From Nitrospinota bacterium (GTDB taxonomy: Bacteria > Nitrospinota > Nitrospinia > Nitrospinales > VA-1): a stretch of DNA of 64,000 nt. This document shows positions 26,600-36,554 of the stretch, in pieces. Position numbers and translations under genes: made by a program. Every line of letters starts with the position of its first letter. The first letter of the stretch is position 1. Under the pieces are notes generated by a model. That model was not told the origin of the DNA. It ran no database searches and saw only the letters and a list, made by a program, of their open reading frames with translations. The DNA lies in the NCBI GenBank assembly GCA_028345515.1, contig JAOMDP010000001.1, positions 53,318 to 117,317 on the forward strand, read 5' to 3'.

Positions 26600-29548
26600 A
26601 TGAAAAAATCTCCCTGGATTTATTTTTTATTCCTTTTTTCAGGTATAGCCAGTCTAATTTACCAAATAGTTTGGGTAAGGATGTTGACCTTGATATTTGG
26701 ACATACTATCTATTCCGTGTCGATTGTCTTGTCAGCATTTATGGCCGGTCTTGGCCTGGGAAGCTATTTGTGGGGGAGAACAATAGACAAAGCCGGGAAA
26801 CCATTATTGGTATACGGCAAAATAGAAATTCTGATTGGGATATCAGCCGCATTTCTTTCTTTTCTCTTATCTAATTTTTCTCCTATTTATATTTGGTTAC
26901 ATGAATGGCTGCCAAATTTATTATTTCTTGTAGCGATTCTCAAAGCCGTTCTTGCGTTCATACTTGTGTTGATACCAACAATATTTATGGGGGCGACCCT
27001 TCCTGTCATGTGCAAATATTTTGCAACCGAGGACGCCAATCTTGGGCAACAGGTAGGTTACTTATATTCGATAAACACACTTGGAGCTGCTGCGGGTTGT
27101 CTTTTTGCCGGGTATTTCTTGATCGGATTTTTTGGTGTTTTGGAAACAGCATTGGTAGCGGCAGGGATTAATATTTTAATAGGACTGGTTTGTATTGTTG
27201 TTTTTAAAAAAGCAGAACCGGAGATTGTCTGTGGATTTGGATTGCCAAAACCGGCCTTTGTTCGCCTTCAATTGGATAAAGAAAACAGCATTTGGTTGGC
27301 TATAAGTTTCTTATGTGGGTTTACAGCTTTGGCTTACGAGGTAGTTTGGACAAGGCTTTTGGTCTTTGGTATCGGTAGTACGATCTACTCCTTTAGCCTG
27401 ATGCTGGCAAATTTTTTATTTGGAATAACCGTGGGAGGTTTGTTAATTGTTCCATTTTTCAAAAATAAAATTGATTTTCGCTTGCTCTTGATTTTCTTCC
27501 AATTTGGAATCGGATTATATTTAATCTTCAGTCTCTATCAATCAAATTGGATTTTATCGTCTTTTATAGACCCCTTTCAGTTGGATGATGTTATTACAAA
27601 ATTTTGGGTTAATATGCGTAATGCTTCCGCTTTGATGTTTGTGCCCACTGTCTTATTTGGTATGAGTTTCCCCGTCCTTACCTACCTTGTTACAAAAGGG
27701 TCTAAAGATATAGGCAGTTCCTTGGGGGCTGTCTATGGGATGAACACCTTGGGTGGAATTATGGGTTCTGTTGTTGCCGGCTACCTGCTCCTACCTAATT
27801 TAGGCTCACAACAAACTCTGGTCTGCTTAGCGATGCTTAATCTTTTAGCGGGAATATTACTTTTCGCCACATCTTATTTATTTACAGGCTTTATTAGAAA
27901 GGGAGTTGCTGTTTCTTTATCGTGTTTGCTTTTTTTGTTTGTATTAAAAATGCCGAATGATCTTCTTAAAGAAATTTTTCTGCGCAATACACAGGGTAAG
28001 GTAAATCCAAAGCAATTGATTTATCTGGACGAGGGTTTAAGTACTACTGTGGCAGTTTTGAACACTTTACACGACAGTCAATTTCAAAATAAACGCCTTA
28101 TACTTAATGGAGTTAGTATGTCCGGTGACCAAAAAGCTTCACGTAAGTATATGACGTTATTATCTTATATACCTCTTTTACTTACTGAAAACCCAAAAAA
28201 CGTTTTGGTGATTTGTTTTGGAACTGGCCTCACGGCTGGAGCAGCTGGAGCTTATCCTGGAATTAATTTAGTCGATTCCGTAGACATCTCCCCTGGAGTG
28301 TTTCGGGCAGGGAAGTTTTTTAAGGCAACAAATCATAATGTCATAAATAATCCAAAAGTTAAAAAAATCATTCAGGATGGAAGGCAACATCTTTTGACGA
28401 CTTCAACTTCTTACGATGTTATAACCGTAGAGCCTCCTCCGCCAACTAATGCTGGCGCTGTAAACCTTTATACAAAAGAGTATTATGAATTAACTAAAAA
28501 AGCTTTGAGCGCAGGTGGAATTGTAAGTCAGTGGATACCCTTACATAGTCAGACAGAAACCCATATATACCAGCACTTTAAAACTTTTCTTAAAAGTTTT
28601 CCTTATGCCATGGCTTGGTATCCAGTGCCTCGAGAAATGATTCTAATTGGCTCTAACCGTCCAATCGATATTAACTTTAGTGAAATTAAGCGACGTTTTG
28701 AAAACCGAGTGATAAATAAAATAATGCGGGATATAGATATTCCAAACCCATTTGCTTTGTTAGGAAGTATTTGGTTTTTGAAGAAGGAGTTAAAATTTTT
28801 AGGTTTTGGTCAAAATATGATTTTGGATAATAATCCGTCATTGGAATTTTATCTTAATTCTTACACCAAACAAATTTCCGAAGATGGCATTGAGAAAATC
28901 AGGAGCCAAAGATCATCCTTTAAAGATGTTTTACGAAAAATTAATAACCGTTCTCTTATCACTTATACCTCTGACGATATTTGCGCGGTAGGGGAAGCGT
29001 GCACTGTTTCGACGATTTCGAACTTGGTCTTCACCAACGATGTACTCAAAAAATATTGGGACAGCCGTATCAATACTGACCGCGCAGAATCTTATTACAA
29101 AATTGGACTTGCCCTACAAAAAGCAGGAAACAATAACAGAGCAATTAATCATTACAAGACGGCTATTAAGCTCAATCATCCTGAATTACCCGTAGTACAT
29201 AACAATCTTGGAAATGCTTTTTATGATGAAAGAAAGTTTGAAGAAGCAATGTATCATTACAAGACGGCTATTAAGCTCAATCCTGACTTTTTCCAAGCAT
29301 ATAGCAATCTAGGAGTTGCTTTCCTTAAAAAAGGAGAGTTAAATAATGCCATTAATTATTTCAAAGAAGCAATTAGGTTGCGGTCTGATTATCATGAAGC
29401 ATATAGCAATCTAGGAGTTGCTTTCCTTAGAAAAGGAGAGTTAAATAATGCCGTTAATTATTTCAAAGAAGCAATTAGGTTACAGCCTAATTATCAAGCT
29501 GCACGCAGCAATCTTAAAATAGCGATTGGTAATTTAGAAAAAAGGTAA
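26600..29548 (+). CDS. Fused polytopic membrane / spermidine-synthase-like (class I SAM-fold) protein with C-terminal TPR repeats
   Basis: Start MKKSPWIYFLFLFSGIASLIYQIVWVRML is typical of this family. About 14 TM helices are followed by VLVICFGTGLTAGAA...VDISPGV and then 4-5 TPR units. Confidence 0.75.
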   Translation: MKKSPWIYFLFLFSGIASLIYQIVWVRMLTLIFGHTIYSVSIVLSAFMAGLGLGSYLWGRTIDKAGKPLLVYGKIEILIGISAAFLSFLLSNFSPIYIWLHEWLPNLLFLVAILKAVLAFILVLIPTIFMGATLPVMCKYFATEDANLGQQVGYLYSINTLGAAAGCLFAGYFLIGFFGVLETALVAAGINILIGLVCIVVFKKAEPEIVCGFGLPKPAFVRLQLDKENSIWLAISFLCGFTALAYEVVWTRLLVFGIGSTIYSFSLMLANFLFGITVGGLLIVPFFKNKIDFRLLLIFFQFGIGLYLIFSLYQSNWILSSFIDPFQLDDVITKFWVNMRNASALMFVPTVLFGMSFPVLTYLVTKGSKDIGSSLGAVYGMNTLGGIMGSVVAGYLLLPNLGSQQTLVCLAMLNLLAGILLFATSYLFTGFIRKGVAVSLSCLLFLFVLKMPNDLLKEIFLRNTQGKVNPKQLIYLDEGLSTTVAVLNTLHDSQFQNKRLILNGVSMSGDQKASRKYMTLLSYIPLLLTENPKNVLVICFGTGLTAGAAGAYPGINLVDSVDISPGVFRAGKFFKATNHNVINNPKVKKIIQDGRQHLLTTSTSYDVITVEPPPPTNAGAVNLYTKEYYELTKKALSAGGIVSQWIPLHSQTETHIYQHFKTFLKSFPYAMAWYPVPREMILIGSNRPIDINFSEIKRRFENRVINKIMRDIDIPNPFALLGSIWFLKKELKFLGFGQNMILDNNPSLEFYLNSYTKQISEDGIEKIRSQRSSFKDVLRKINNRSLITYTSDDICAVGEACTVSTISNLVFTNDVLKKYWDSRINTDRAESYYKIGLALQKAGNNNRAINHYKTAIKLNHPELPVVHNNLGNAFYDERKFEEAMYHYKTAIKLNPDFFQAYSNLGVAFLKKGELNNAINYFKEAIRLRSDYHEAYSNLGVAFLRKGELNNAVNYFKEAIRLQPNYQAARSNLKIAIGNLEKR
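29297..29500 (+). repeat. Tandem 102-bp duplication (two near-identical TPR units) inside the CDS
   Basis: Units 29297-29398 and 29399-29500 differ at only a few positions until their last ~25 nt. A further 28-nt exact repeat, CATTACAAGACGGCTATTAAGCTCAATC, occurs at 29150 and 29255. Confidence 0.8.
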
Positions 29549-29766
29549 AGATTTACTACCCTTCACTGAAGAATTTCCCTATAACATTTATTGATTTAGG
29601 TAAACAGTCTGTTTAAAAGAGAAACTTTAACCATAAACCTTATTTGGTTTACTATGTGTTCCCCAGAATACTAATAATTTTTGTTTTCTTTTTTTAATTC
29701 AGAAATCGATTATAATTAACATAAATAAGTTTTAATTTATCTCGCTTCAAAAATGGTATAAAAATT

Positions 29767-30192
29767 ATGTCTGAAATTGGTAGAAGGTTTTCTCTTGACA
29801 AGGTAAATGTTGATCCAGCTCTAAAAAATAAAATTTTCTCAGCAGACGGTGATGAACATATTGGCGATTGGAATGGAGAGTGCATTGATGAATTAGTAAA
29901 AGAAATTGATCGGATCGAAGAAAGAGCTGATCCAAATTATTCTAGCTTACCTCATAGACAAAATATTCCTGAAGATTTGAGGTTAGAAGTCGAAAAAGAT
30001 TTACCAATTTGGACATGTGATACGAAAGGTCGATGTTTGACAGGAGATAATGGTAATGAAATAAAAACCGTCGATGGAATTAGGGAATTATATAAAAAAA
30101 AATATGGGAGCATTGAAAAATTTAAAGAAAAACTAAAGGCAGATCGAGAAAAGTTCGTAAGAGAAATAAAGCAGAAGTCAGAGGAAGAATAA
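29767..30192 (+). CDS. Hypothetical acidic/charged protein (141 aa)
   Basis: ORF only. Confidence 0.3.
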   Translation: MSEIGRRFSLDKVNVDPALKNKIFSADGDEHIGDWNGECIDELVKEIDRIEERADPNYSSLPHRQNIPEDLRLEVEKDLPIWTCDTKGRCLTGDNGNEIKTVDGIRELYKKKYGSIEKFKEKLKADREKFVREIKQKSEEE

Positions 30193-30328
30193 ATTTTATA
30201 TTACAAAAAATATTATTTGAATAAAAAATTTATTTAAATTTAAGGTAACCATTAAAATACTGGGTATTATTTTTCTGTATTTTAGCTTCCAAAAAAATGG
30301 CCCAAATGCCTTAGCTGAAAATTAAGTT

Positions 30329-31849
30329 TTAGCGTAGAAAATCCAATAAGGTGGGTTGTAATATTTGTGCTGTAGAACCCAATGTAGCTTGAAGTGCAAA
30401 CTCTAGGTTGGCAAGATCTGAAGCGCTTTTTACAATATCTGCGTCTTCGATTTTAGAAAGTTGGGCAGACTGATTTACCACCTCCTGCTCATGAACAATA
30501 CCCTTATTATCAACTCGTGACAAACTTGCTCCAATTATTGCTCTCGAATTATTTACAGATTCAAGGCTCGAATCGAGGGTCCCGAGAGAAGCTAATATTG
30601 CAGCCGTGTCATTCTTTTTAAGTGCCTCGCTAAGTTTAAACAATGTGGTGAATACATTTTTTCCTCCCCCTAAACCCAAGGTTTCGGCTGTTTCATCCGT
30701 ACCAACATTTCTTGCTATCGCAACTGTATCAGAGGAGTTAGATTTAATTTGCAAAGATTTTCCAGCACTATTTATTGATGCCGTTACATTTAAACCCGCC
30801 CCATTAATTGTATCTAATATATCACCGATTGTATTAGCAGAGCTCAAGGTAACGGTTGCCGATGCAGCACCATTTATAATTTTCACATCATTTAAAATTA
30901 TGCCATTTCCGCACTCCAAATCCGGTATAAGTGTAGATGCCGTTAAAGTTGCGTTTAAATCAAACCCGGTAAGGGTTCCATTCTTTTTTCCTAAAATTCC
31001 TAATTCCGCCGCCGTTGTTCCACCCGAAATCTCAGAAATGGTTAATGCTTTTGAAACAACATTATTTGTATCAGTTAATTGTAAGCCTCTTCCATTTGAG
31101 GTTATGGATGCCGTCACGTTCACCGATGCATTATTTATTTTCGATATTAATCTTCCAATATTATCTGTTGAACTAACGGTAATAGTTGCAGTTTTTCCTG
31201 CTCTGTCCGAAATTGAGAAAGAACCTTCGGTGATACCAATACCACCATTTAAAGAAGACAAGTTTGTGTTCGCTGTTATTTGAGGGTTGAGGTCCGTTGC
31301 CAAAGCTTCACAACCTGGAATAGCAAAATCTATACTTACGTTGCTGGCAACACCCACCTTAAAAGCTTCTGAGTTTCCAGTGTAAACAGCTCCGGATGCC
31401 TCAGAGCTGAAAGGTTTTACTCTAAAATTGGTTCCTGAAAAAATAAATCTGTTTTTAACTTTTGTATTTGCTGAATCAAATACCTGAGAAATAAGTTGAT
31501 CTATTTCTAATGCTGCAAAATTTCGAGTTTCCGCTGAAGAAACTCCCCCCAATTCACTCACAGATAATTCTTTTGCACGAATCAAACTTAAATTGATCGA
31601 ATTAAGGGATGTATCACTCGCTTCAATAAAAATGCGATTATTGACAATATTTTTTATGAATTGATTTGACTGATTGAGATTCGTTCGCAAAAGCAAAGAG
31701 TCTCGAATTCCCGTAGGGTCATCCGAGGGGCGGTTAATTCTTTTACCTGTTGCAATCTCCTGTTGAGCCTTAAAAAGTTTTTCCGTTATTCGAAAAATAT
31801 TTTGAAGAGAGTTTGCTTGTTGCGCTTGATTCGTAACACGAGTAACCAT
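30329..31849 (-). CDS. flgL: Flagellar hook-associated protein 3 (hook-filament junction)
   Basis: Flagellin-like N-terminus (INRPSDDP) and C-terminus. The central region carries two flagellin-IN-like repeats (IGRLISKINNASVNVTASI and IGDILDTINGAGLNVTASI). Confidence 0.85.
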   Translation of the reverse strand: MVTRVTNQAQQANSLQNIFRITEKLFKAQQEIATGKRINRPSDDPTGIRDSLLLRTNLNQSNQFIKNIVNNRIFIEASDTSLNSINLSLIRAKELSVSELGGVSSAETRNFAALEIDQLISQVFDSANTKVKNRFIFSGTNFRVKPFSSEASGAVYTGNSEAFKVGVASNVSIDFAIPGCEALATDLNPQITANTNLSSLNGGIGITEGSFSISDRAGKTATITVSSTDNIGRLISKINNASVNVTASITSNGRGLQLTDTNNVVSKALTISEISGGTTAAELGILGKKNGTLTGFDLNATLTASTLIPDLECGNGIILNDVKIINGAASATVTLSSANTIGDILDTINGAGLNVTASINSAGKSLQIKSNSSDTVAIARNVGTDETAETLGLGGGKNVFTTLFKLSEALKKNDTAAILASLGTLDSSLESVNNSRAIIGASLSRVDNKGIVHEQEVVNQSAQLSKIEDADIVKSASDLANLEFALQATLGSTAQILQPTLLDFLR

Positions 31850-31886
31850 TGCTTTTTTTCCTGATAACTATAAGTTATTTCATTAA

Positions 31887-33569
31887 TTAAACTTGAGATA
31901 TAACAGTATCAAGCAGTTCATCAACTACCCCTATCAAACGGGCAGAAGCATTGTAAGCCTGTTGAAACTTAACCATATTAATAAATTCTTCATCTATCGA
32001 AACACCTGATTTACTTTCTCTTCGAGTGTTTAACTGCAATAAAATACCTTCTTGTTGTTCAAAACTTGCTTGGGTTGAAAAGGATTGAATACCCAAATCA
32101 CTCACAATGGAGTTGTAAAACTCATTAAATGTAAAGGCCCCTGAACCCTCAGCTATATGCGTAACACTGTTAAAAGACAGCTTAGATTGTAAGCCTATTA
32201 ATCTTAATGCATTTGTACCATCGGAACTTGAATTTAAACCTGCTCCAATTTTACTTGAGTTGGATGCTACATCACTAGAAATAGCAAAATTTTGAGTTGC
32301 ATCCTCTGAAATCGAAATTTTAAATTTATCTCCTACTGTTGCCCCGCTTGAGATAGATACTGCAAATCCTCCGGCAATATTAAATGTAGAACCCGCTGTA
32401 AAACTAAACGTACCTGAGGCAGCACCAGTTGTAAGGTTTGTTAAAGTAAAGGTATTTGCGCCTGTAATTGTAATTTCGAATTTATCATTAGAAATAGTTG
32501 ATGGACTTCCATTTGTCGCGGTTACTGTTGCAGTACCATTATTATTTGTATTGATTTCCGTGGTCACAGAAGGTGGTTCAAAAAAGTTATTACCTGTAGT
32601 GCCATCTAATCCAAATCCATTCTGATGAATATTATTAAACTCTTGTATAAAACCCGTGGCAAGACGGTCAAGCTTATCTTTTATAGTAGGAATCTCTTTA
32701 TCGCGCATATCGATGAGGCCTTTTAAAGATCCTCCTGTCACAATCTCAGTGACATTCGTGCTTGTTCCACTTAACCCAGAAACTACAATATCTTGAAAAC
32801 CCTTATTATTTCCATTTAATTGAGTGCTTAGAGTAAAAGCCTCAGACCGAAGAACAAGTGGGGTACCATTTTTCAAAGTCAAACTGATCTGCCCATCCAT
32901 TTCATCAACGACGTTAAGATCGATTAACTCCGATAATTCTTTTACCTTTTTATCTCTTTTGTCTCTTAAGTCATTTGCACTAAAATTACCTGGTTCATTA
33001 GCATGGATCGCTCGATTAAGTTCTGCAATTTCGGAGATATAACTATTAATCTTGACTGCTTCTACCTTAACCGTTGCATCCAAATTTCTTTGAATCTGAA
33101 ACATAGATGCCCCAAGTTTATTAAATGTTACTTTAAGGTTTTGCGCTTCAGCAATCACATTGGATCTCTCCGGTAGACCTGTAGGGTTTGAAGAAAGATC
33201 CTGAAGAGTTGAAAAAAATTTACTCAGGCTTTGATTAATGCCTTGTTGATTTGATTCACTAAAAAGAACTTCAAGTTGCTCAAATACGTCTTTTCGGACT
33301 CCAAACTCGCCTAACCTGTCACCTTCGCCCAGAATTTGAGAAAATAAAAATTTATCATGAGCTCTCTTTACGCCAACAACACGCACACCAGTTCCTATTT
33401 GACCTAGGCTAGTATGCCTAGCATTCTTTGCCTCAAAGTTTATCTCTTGGCGGGAATAACCCTCTGTCTGAACATTAGCAATATTTTGACCGGTTACTTC
33501 AATTGCTAATTGCTGTGCAAGTAAACCTACCTTAGCAGTATTCAGGACACTAAAAACATTTGAAGTCAT
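31887..33569 (-). CDS. flgK: Flagellar hook-associated protein 1
   Basis: N-terminal GLLAQQLAIEVTGQNIANVQTEGYSRQE, C-terminal MVKFQQAYNASARL. Confidence 0.9.
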   Translation of the reverse strand: MTSNVFSVLNTAKVGLLAQQLAIEVTGQNIANVQTEGYSRQEINFEAKNARHTSLGQIGTGVRVVGVKRAHDKFLFSQILGEGDRLGEFGVRKDVFEQLEVLFSESNQQGINQSLSKFFSTLQDLSSNPTGLPERSNVIAEAQNLKVTFNKLGASMFQIQRNLDATVKVEAVKINSYISEIAELNRAIHANEPGNFSANDLRDKRDKKVKELSELIDLNVVDEMDGQISLTLKNGTPLVLRSEAFTLSTQLNGNNKGFQDIVVSGLSGTSTNVTEIVTGGSLKGLIDMRDKEIPTIKDKLDRLATGFIQEFNNIHQNGFGLDGTTGNNFFEPPSVTTEINTNNNGTATVTATNGSPSTISNDKFEITITGANTFTLTNLTTGAASGTFSFTAGSTFNIAGGFAVSISSGATVGDKFKISISEDATQNFAISSDVASNSSKIGAGLNSSSDGTNALRLIGLQSKLSFNSVTHIAEGSGAFTFNEFYNSIVSDLGIQSFSTQASFEQQEGILLQLNTRRESKSGVSIDEEFINMVKFQQAYNASARLIGVVDELLDTVISQV

Positions 33570-33598
33570 AATATCAACAACCTATTGTCAACTTTAAG

Positions 33599-34102
33599 TC
33601 ATGCATCAACACTAACCATGGTGCTTTGCAATTTACTTCCTGTCACTTTTCCATTTGCTTCATAAGGAGAGGTTGCTTTTTCGCTCTCAGAATGAATAAA
33701 GGCAAGTGAATTTTTTAAAGATAGTGTGGAATGATCCATTAGCGATTTTATTTTTCCACTTAAAATATTTATTTTTTGAATACTAGAAAGTAGTTTTTTT
33801 CTGCAATTTGCTAAATTTACCCTATACGGATTATCTTTCAATTGGGTTAATTTTTTTAAGGTCAACCCAGAAGGTTTCATACTTAATTTTTCTGCAATTT
33901 TTTTCATTAAACTTGATCGGCTATTCTCCAAAGCTTGCATTTGCATAACATGATCATCTTTTTTAGCTATAATTTTCTCTAAATCATCGTATGAATATTG
34001 GGAAACACATTTCCATTCATGATTTAACAATTGAATAAAGCTTTCGTATAAACCAATTTTTTGTTCCAAAACATCATGAAGGTTTTTATATAACCTATTC
34101 AT
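33599..34102 (-). CDS. flgN: FlgN-like flagellar export chaperone
   Basis: Helical 167-aa protein immediately upstream of flgK. The FlgN-like N-terminus (LEQKIGLYESFIQLLNHE) and the position are the main support. Confidence 0.5.
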   Translation of the reverse strand: MNRLYKNLHDVLEQKIGLYESFIQLLNHEWKCVSQYSYDDLEKIIAKKDDHVMQMQALENSRSSLMKKIAEKLSMKPSGLTLKKLTQLKDNPYRVNLANCRKKLLSSIQKINILSGKIKSLMDHSTLSLKNSLAFIHSESEKATSPYEANGKVTGSKLQSTMVSVDA

Positions 34103-34106
34103 AATA

Positions 34107-34520
34107 TTACTCCTTCAATTTCATTCCAAAACCTGATGGTTTTGATTCTGAAGCTGTATAAGTTGATTGAAGCGCTTGTCCACGACTTACACGATTTATA
34201 TTGCTAAGATCGTTATAAATCATCTCTCCCATACCCATTCCCTTATTTTTTGACATTTCCTTGGCAATTTCTTCATCCATCATTGATTTATACATATCTG
34301 TTGCGAAACTATCCAACAACCCTGATTTGGGCACCGTTTTTCGCATGGAAGAAAGAAGTTTGTGTAAAAAAATGGATTCGAATTCACGAGAAACTTTTTC
34401 AATTTTCTTTTCAGAATTAACATTTCCAAAAGAAGATGGATTCCGTAATCGCTCAAGATTCTTTTCAGACATTTGTAAAAACAAGTTTTTCTCTATATGA
34501 ACCGGTGGAAGCGATGCCAT
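34107..34520 (-). CDS. flgJ: Flagellar rod-binding protein (FlgJ N-terminal domain only, no muramidase domain)
   Basis: REFESIFLHKLLSSMRKT ... DMYKSMMDEEIAKEM is the Rod_binding motif. At 137 aa it has no hydrolase domain. Confidence 0.65.
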   Translation of the reverse strand: MASLPPVHIEKNLFLQMSEKNLERLRNPSSFGNVNSEKKIEKVSREFESIFLHKLLSSMRKTVPKSGLLDSFATDMYKSMMDEEIAKEMSKNKGMGMGEMIYNDLSNINRVSRGQALQSTYTASESKPSGFGMKLKE

Positions 34521-34715
34521 TTTTAAACCTCAGCTAATCGTTTTTATTAAATTTGCAAACACTGTACCAAAATACCTCCTTGGCCAAACAAACCCAAACC
34601 CAGCCATAAATCATTGTAAATAAATGATTTAAATTTAAATTAATATATCTTTTTAGAAACAAAAGGATTACATAAAGCTATAGGTAGGAAAAATTTTCTC
34701 TTTTTCCTACTTTGG

Positions 34716-35843
34716 CTAAATAAGCTCAAGTTGGGCATGAAGGGCTCCGGATGCTTTAATTGCCTGAAGAATGGCAATCAGGTCTCTGGGGCCAACGCCA
34801 ATCGAATTTAACCCTTGAACCACATCACCCAGTGAGACACTTTTAGGAATCACAAGAAGTTTATCCTGGCCTTCTCCAGCAGAAATTCGTGTTCGGGGTA
34901 AAACAACTGTCTCCGCATTTTCAGGTGCAAGTGCTTGAGGTTGTGAAGCAATCGGTTCTTCCTTTATTTGCACAAATAATGCTCCATGAGCAACTGCAAC
35001 AGAAGCAATTTTTACATTCTCTCCCATGACCACGGTACCCGTACGTTCATCAATTATTACCCTTGCTTCGGAATCGGGAACCACTTCAATAGTTTCAATT
35101 TTTGTAACCAGATCCGAGGCATTATTCTTGAAAAACTTTGGAATTTTTACACGAACCGTCCGACCGTCGACCAAAAATGCAACTTGATCCTTCATATCAT
35201 CATTGATAGCTTTTGTGATTCTGCTGGCCGTCGTGAAATCGGTTTTTTTCAAAGCAAGAATGATTTCATCCTTAATGTTAAAATCATATTTTATTTCTTT
35301 CTCGACCAATGCCCCATTTGAAATTCGACCCACGGTCAAATGATTTTTCTGAACACCACGTGCGGCACCCTGAACCCTAAAACCACCTATTGAAATAGGA
35401 CCTTGTGCAACTGCATAGGTCTTGTTATCCGGGCCTTTTAGAGGAGTCATTAATAGCGTTCCGCCCTGGAGGCTTTTAGAATCACCTAAAGAAGATACCG
35501 TCACATCGATAGTATCGCCGTGTTTGGCAAAAGCAGGCAGATCTGCTGTTACGATAACGGTAGCAATATTCTTAAATTGTAACTGACCAATTCTTCCGCT
35601 AGGAATTGTGACGCCGAGCTTTTTCAACATGCTGGCAATCGCCTGAATGGAGAAAAACACGTTGACCGCGCTGTCACCTGTTTTCGTCAAACCTATCACC
35701 AGTCCAAAACCGATTAATTGATTGGACCGAACACCTTTAATACCTGACAAATCCTTAATCCGTGCGGCTTCCGCGGAACCGGAAAAAAACAGGATTAAAG
35801 CAAGTCCTGCCAAAAATTTCATCGAGATTTTATTTTTAAACAT
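34716..35843 (-). CDS. flgI: Flagellar P-ring protein
   Basis: RIKDLSGIKGVRSNQLIGFGLVIGLTKTGD motif. The ATG at 35843 is preceded by GAGG (5-nt spacer) and gives a signal peptide. Confidence 0.92.
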   Translation of the reverse strand: MFKNKISMKFLAGLALILFFSGSAEAARIKDLSGIKGVRSNQLIGFGLVIGLTKTGDSAVNVFFSIQAIASMLKKLGVTIPSGRIGQLQFKNIATVIVTADLPAFAKHGDTIDVTVSSLGDSKSLQGGTLLMTPLKGPDNKTYAVAQGPISIGGFRVQGAARGVQKNHLTVGRISNGALVEKEIKYDFNIKDEIILALKKTDFTTASRITKAINDDMKDQVAFLVDGRTVRVKIPKFFKNNASDLVTKIETIEVVPDSEARVIIDERTGTVVMGENVKIASVAVAHGALFVQIKEEPIASQPQALAPENAETVVLPRTRISAGEGQDKLLVIPKSVSLGDVVQGLNSIGVGPRDLIAILQAIKASGALHAQLELI

Positions 35844-35854
35844 TTTTACCTCTA

Positions 35855-36550
35855 TTAAGGACAAAGTTTAACTACGGCAGGAACCACGGTCAGAACAACC
35901 GAACCTACATCTCCATTTTCCGTATTTGTAATGTTTATGGTAAAACTCTGATTTTTGGGATTCAAACAATAGTCAGGATCCGTAAAGTTTACCGTAACCA
36001 CGTTAGCAGCGAAGGCAGGGATTGTTGGTAGTGTATAACTGGTGTCTCCGCCGGCATCACGAGTAATAGTAGCTACAACATTTTCAGCACCAACAACAGT
36101 AAATTCTTCGGCTAACTGAGTCCCCAATTGAGTTGAGGATCCAGGTGTTATGACCAATAGGTTTGGCAGCACTGTAATGGTTGCTGTATCAGTATCACCC
36201 ACAGCATCTACAACCGTAACGGTAGCTGTTCCAGCTACCTGATTGGGTGCGGCAGTGGCAGTGAAAACACCCGTTCCTGCATCAATAGCTCCAATTGTTG
36301 TAGCAGATAGGCTCCATGACAAGGGAAGAGTTCCTCCAATAGCTGTAAAGTTTTGAGTTCCCTCTTTATTTATTTGAGGACTAGACTGCGCTATCACAAT
36401 GTTGGAATTAGAGGGACCAAAAGGATTACCTTCTTCTAAGGCACCCTGGCAGGCGACAATCAATCCAATTCCCAGCAAAAAACAAAGGATCCATTCCTTC
36501 CTTATTTTCTTACCCGCTATTAAAATTTTATTAATATTCTTTTTCATCAA
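35855..36550 (-). CDS. Lipoprotein with Big_2-like Ig domain(s), embedded in the flagellar operon
   Basis: Lipobox LIVAC. FTAIGGTLPLSWSLSATTIGAIDAGTGVFTATAAPNQVAGTATVTVVDAVGDTDTATITV fits the Big_2 pattern. It is tightly packed between the ORF at 36555 and flgI. Confidence 0.55.
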   Translation of the reverse strand: MMKKNINKILIAGKKIRKEWILCFLLGIGLIVACQGALEEGNPFGPSNSNIVIAQSSPQINKEGTQNFTAIGGTLPLSWSLSATTIGAIDAGTGVFTATAAPNQVAGTATVTVVDAVGDTDTATITVLPNLLVITPGSSTQLGTQLAEEFTVVGAENVVATITRDAGGDTSYTLPTIPAFAANVVTVNFTDPDYCLNPKNQSFTINITNTENGDVGSVVLTVVPAVVKLCP

Positions 36551-36554
36551 ATAA

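Noticed and set aside
29150-29500. Regularly spaced ~102-105 bp repeats as a possible CRISPR or other non-coding array
   Set aside because: The repeats lie in frame within a long CDS and encode TPR units. There is no repeat-spacer architecture.
25751-29766. tmRNA-targeted genomic island
   Set aside because: I saw no integrase, and no downstream direct repeat of the tmRNA 3' end (TTCGATTCCCC...). The low-GC genes lie on both sides of ssrA.
30606-31283. 225-aa plus-strand ORF inside flgL
   Set aside because: It is a shadow ORF antisense to flgL, with a repetitive hydrophobic product and no start context.
34684-34710. Hairpin GTAGGAAAAA-N7-TTTTTCCTAC after flgI as a terminator splitting the flagellar cluster, and a sigma28 promoter for flgJ'-N-K-L
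   Set aside because: The stem is A/T-rich and lacks a following U-run on the minus strand. I found no acceptable TAAA-N15-GCCGATAA match in 34521-34715.
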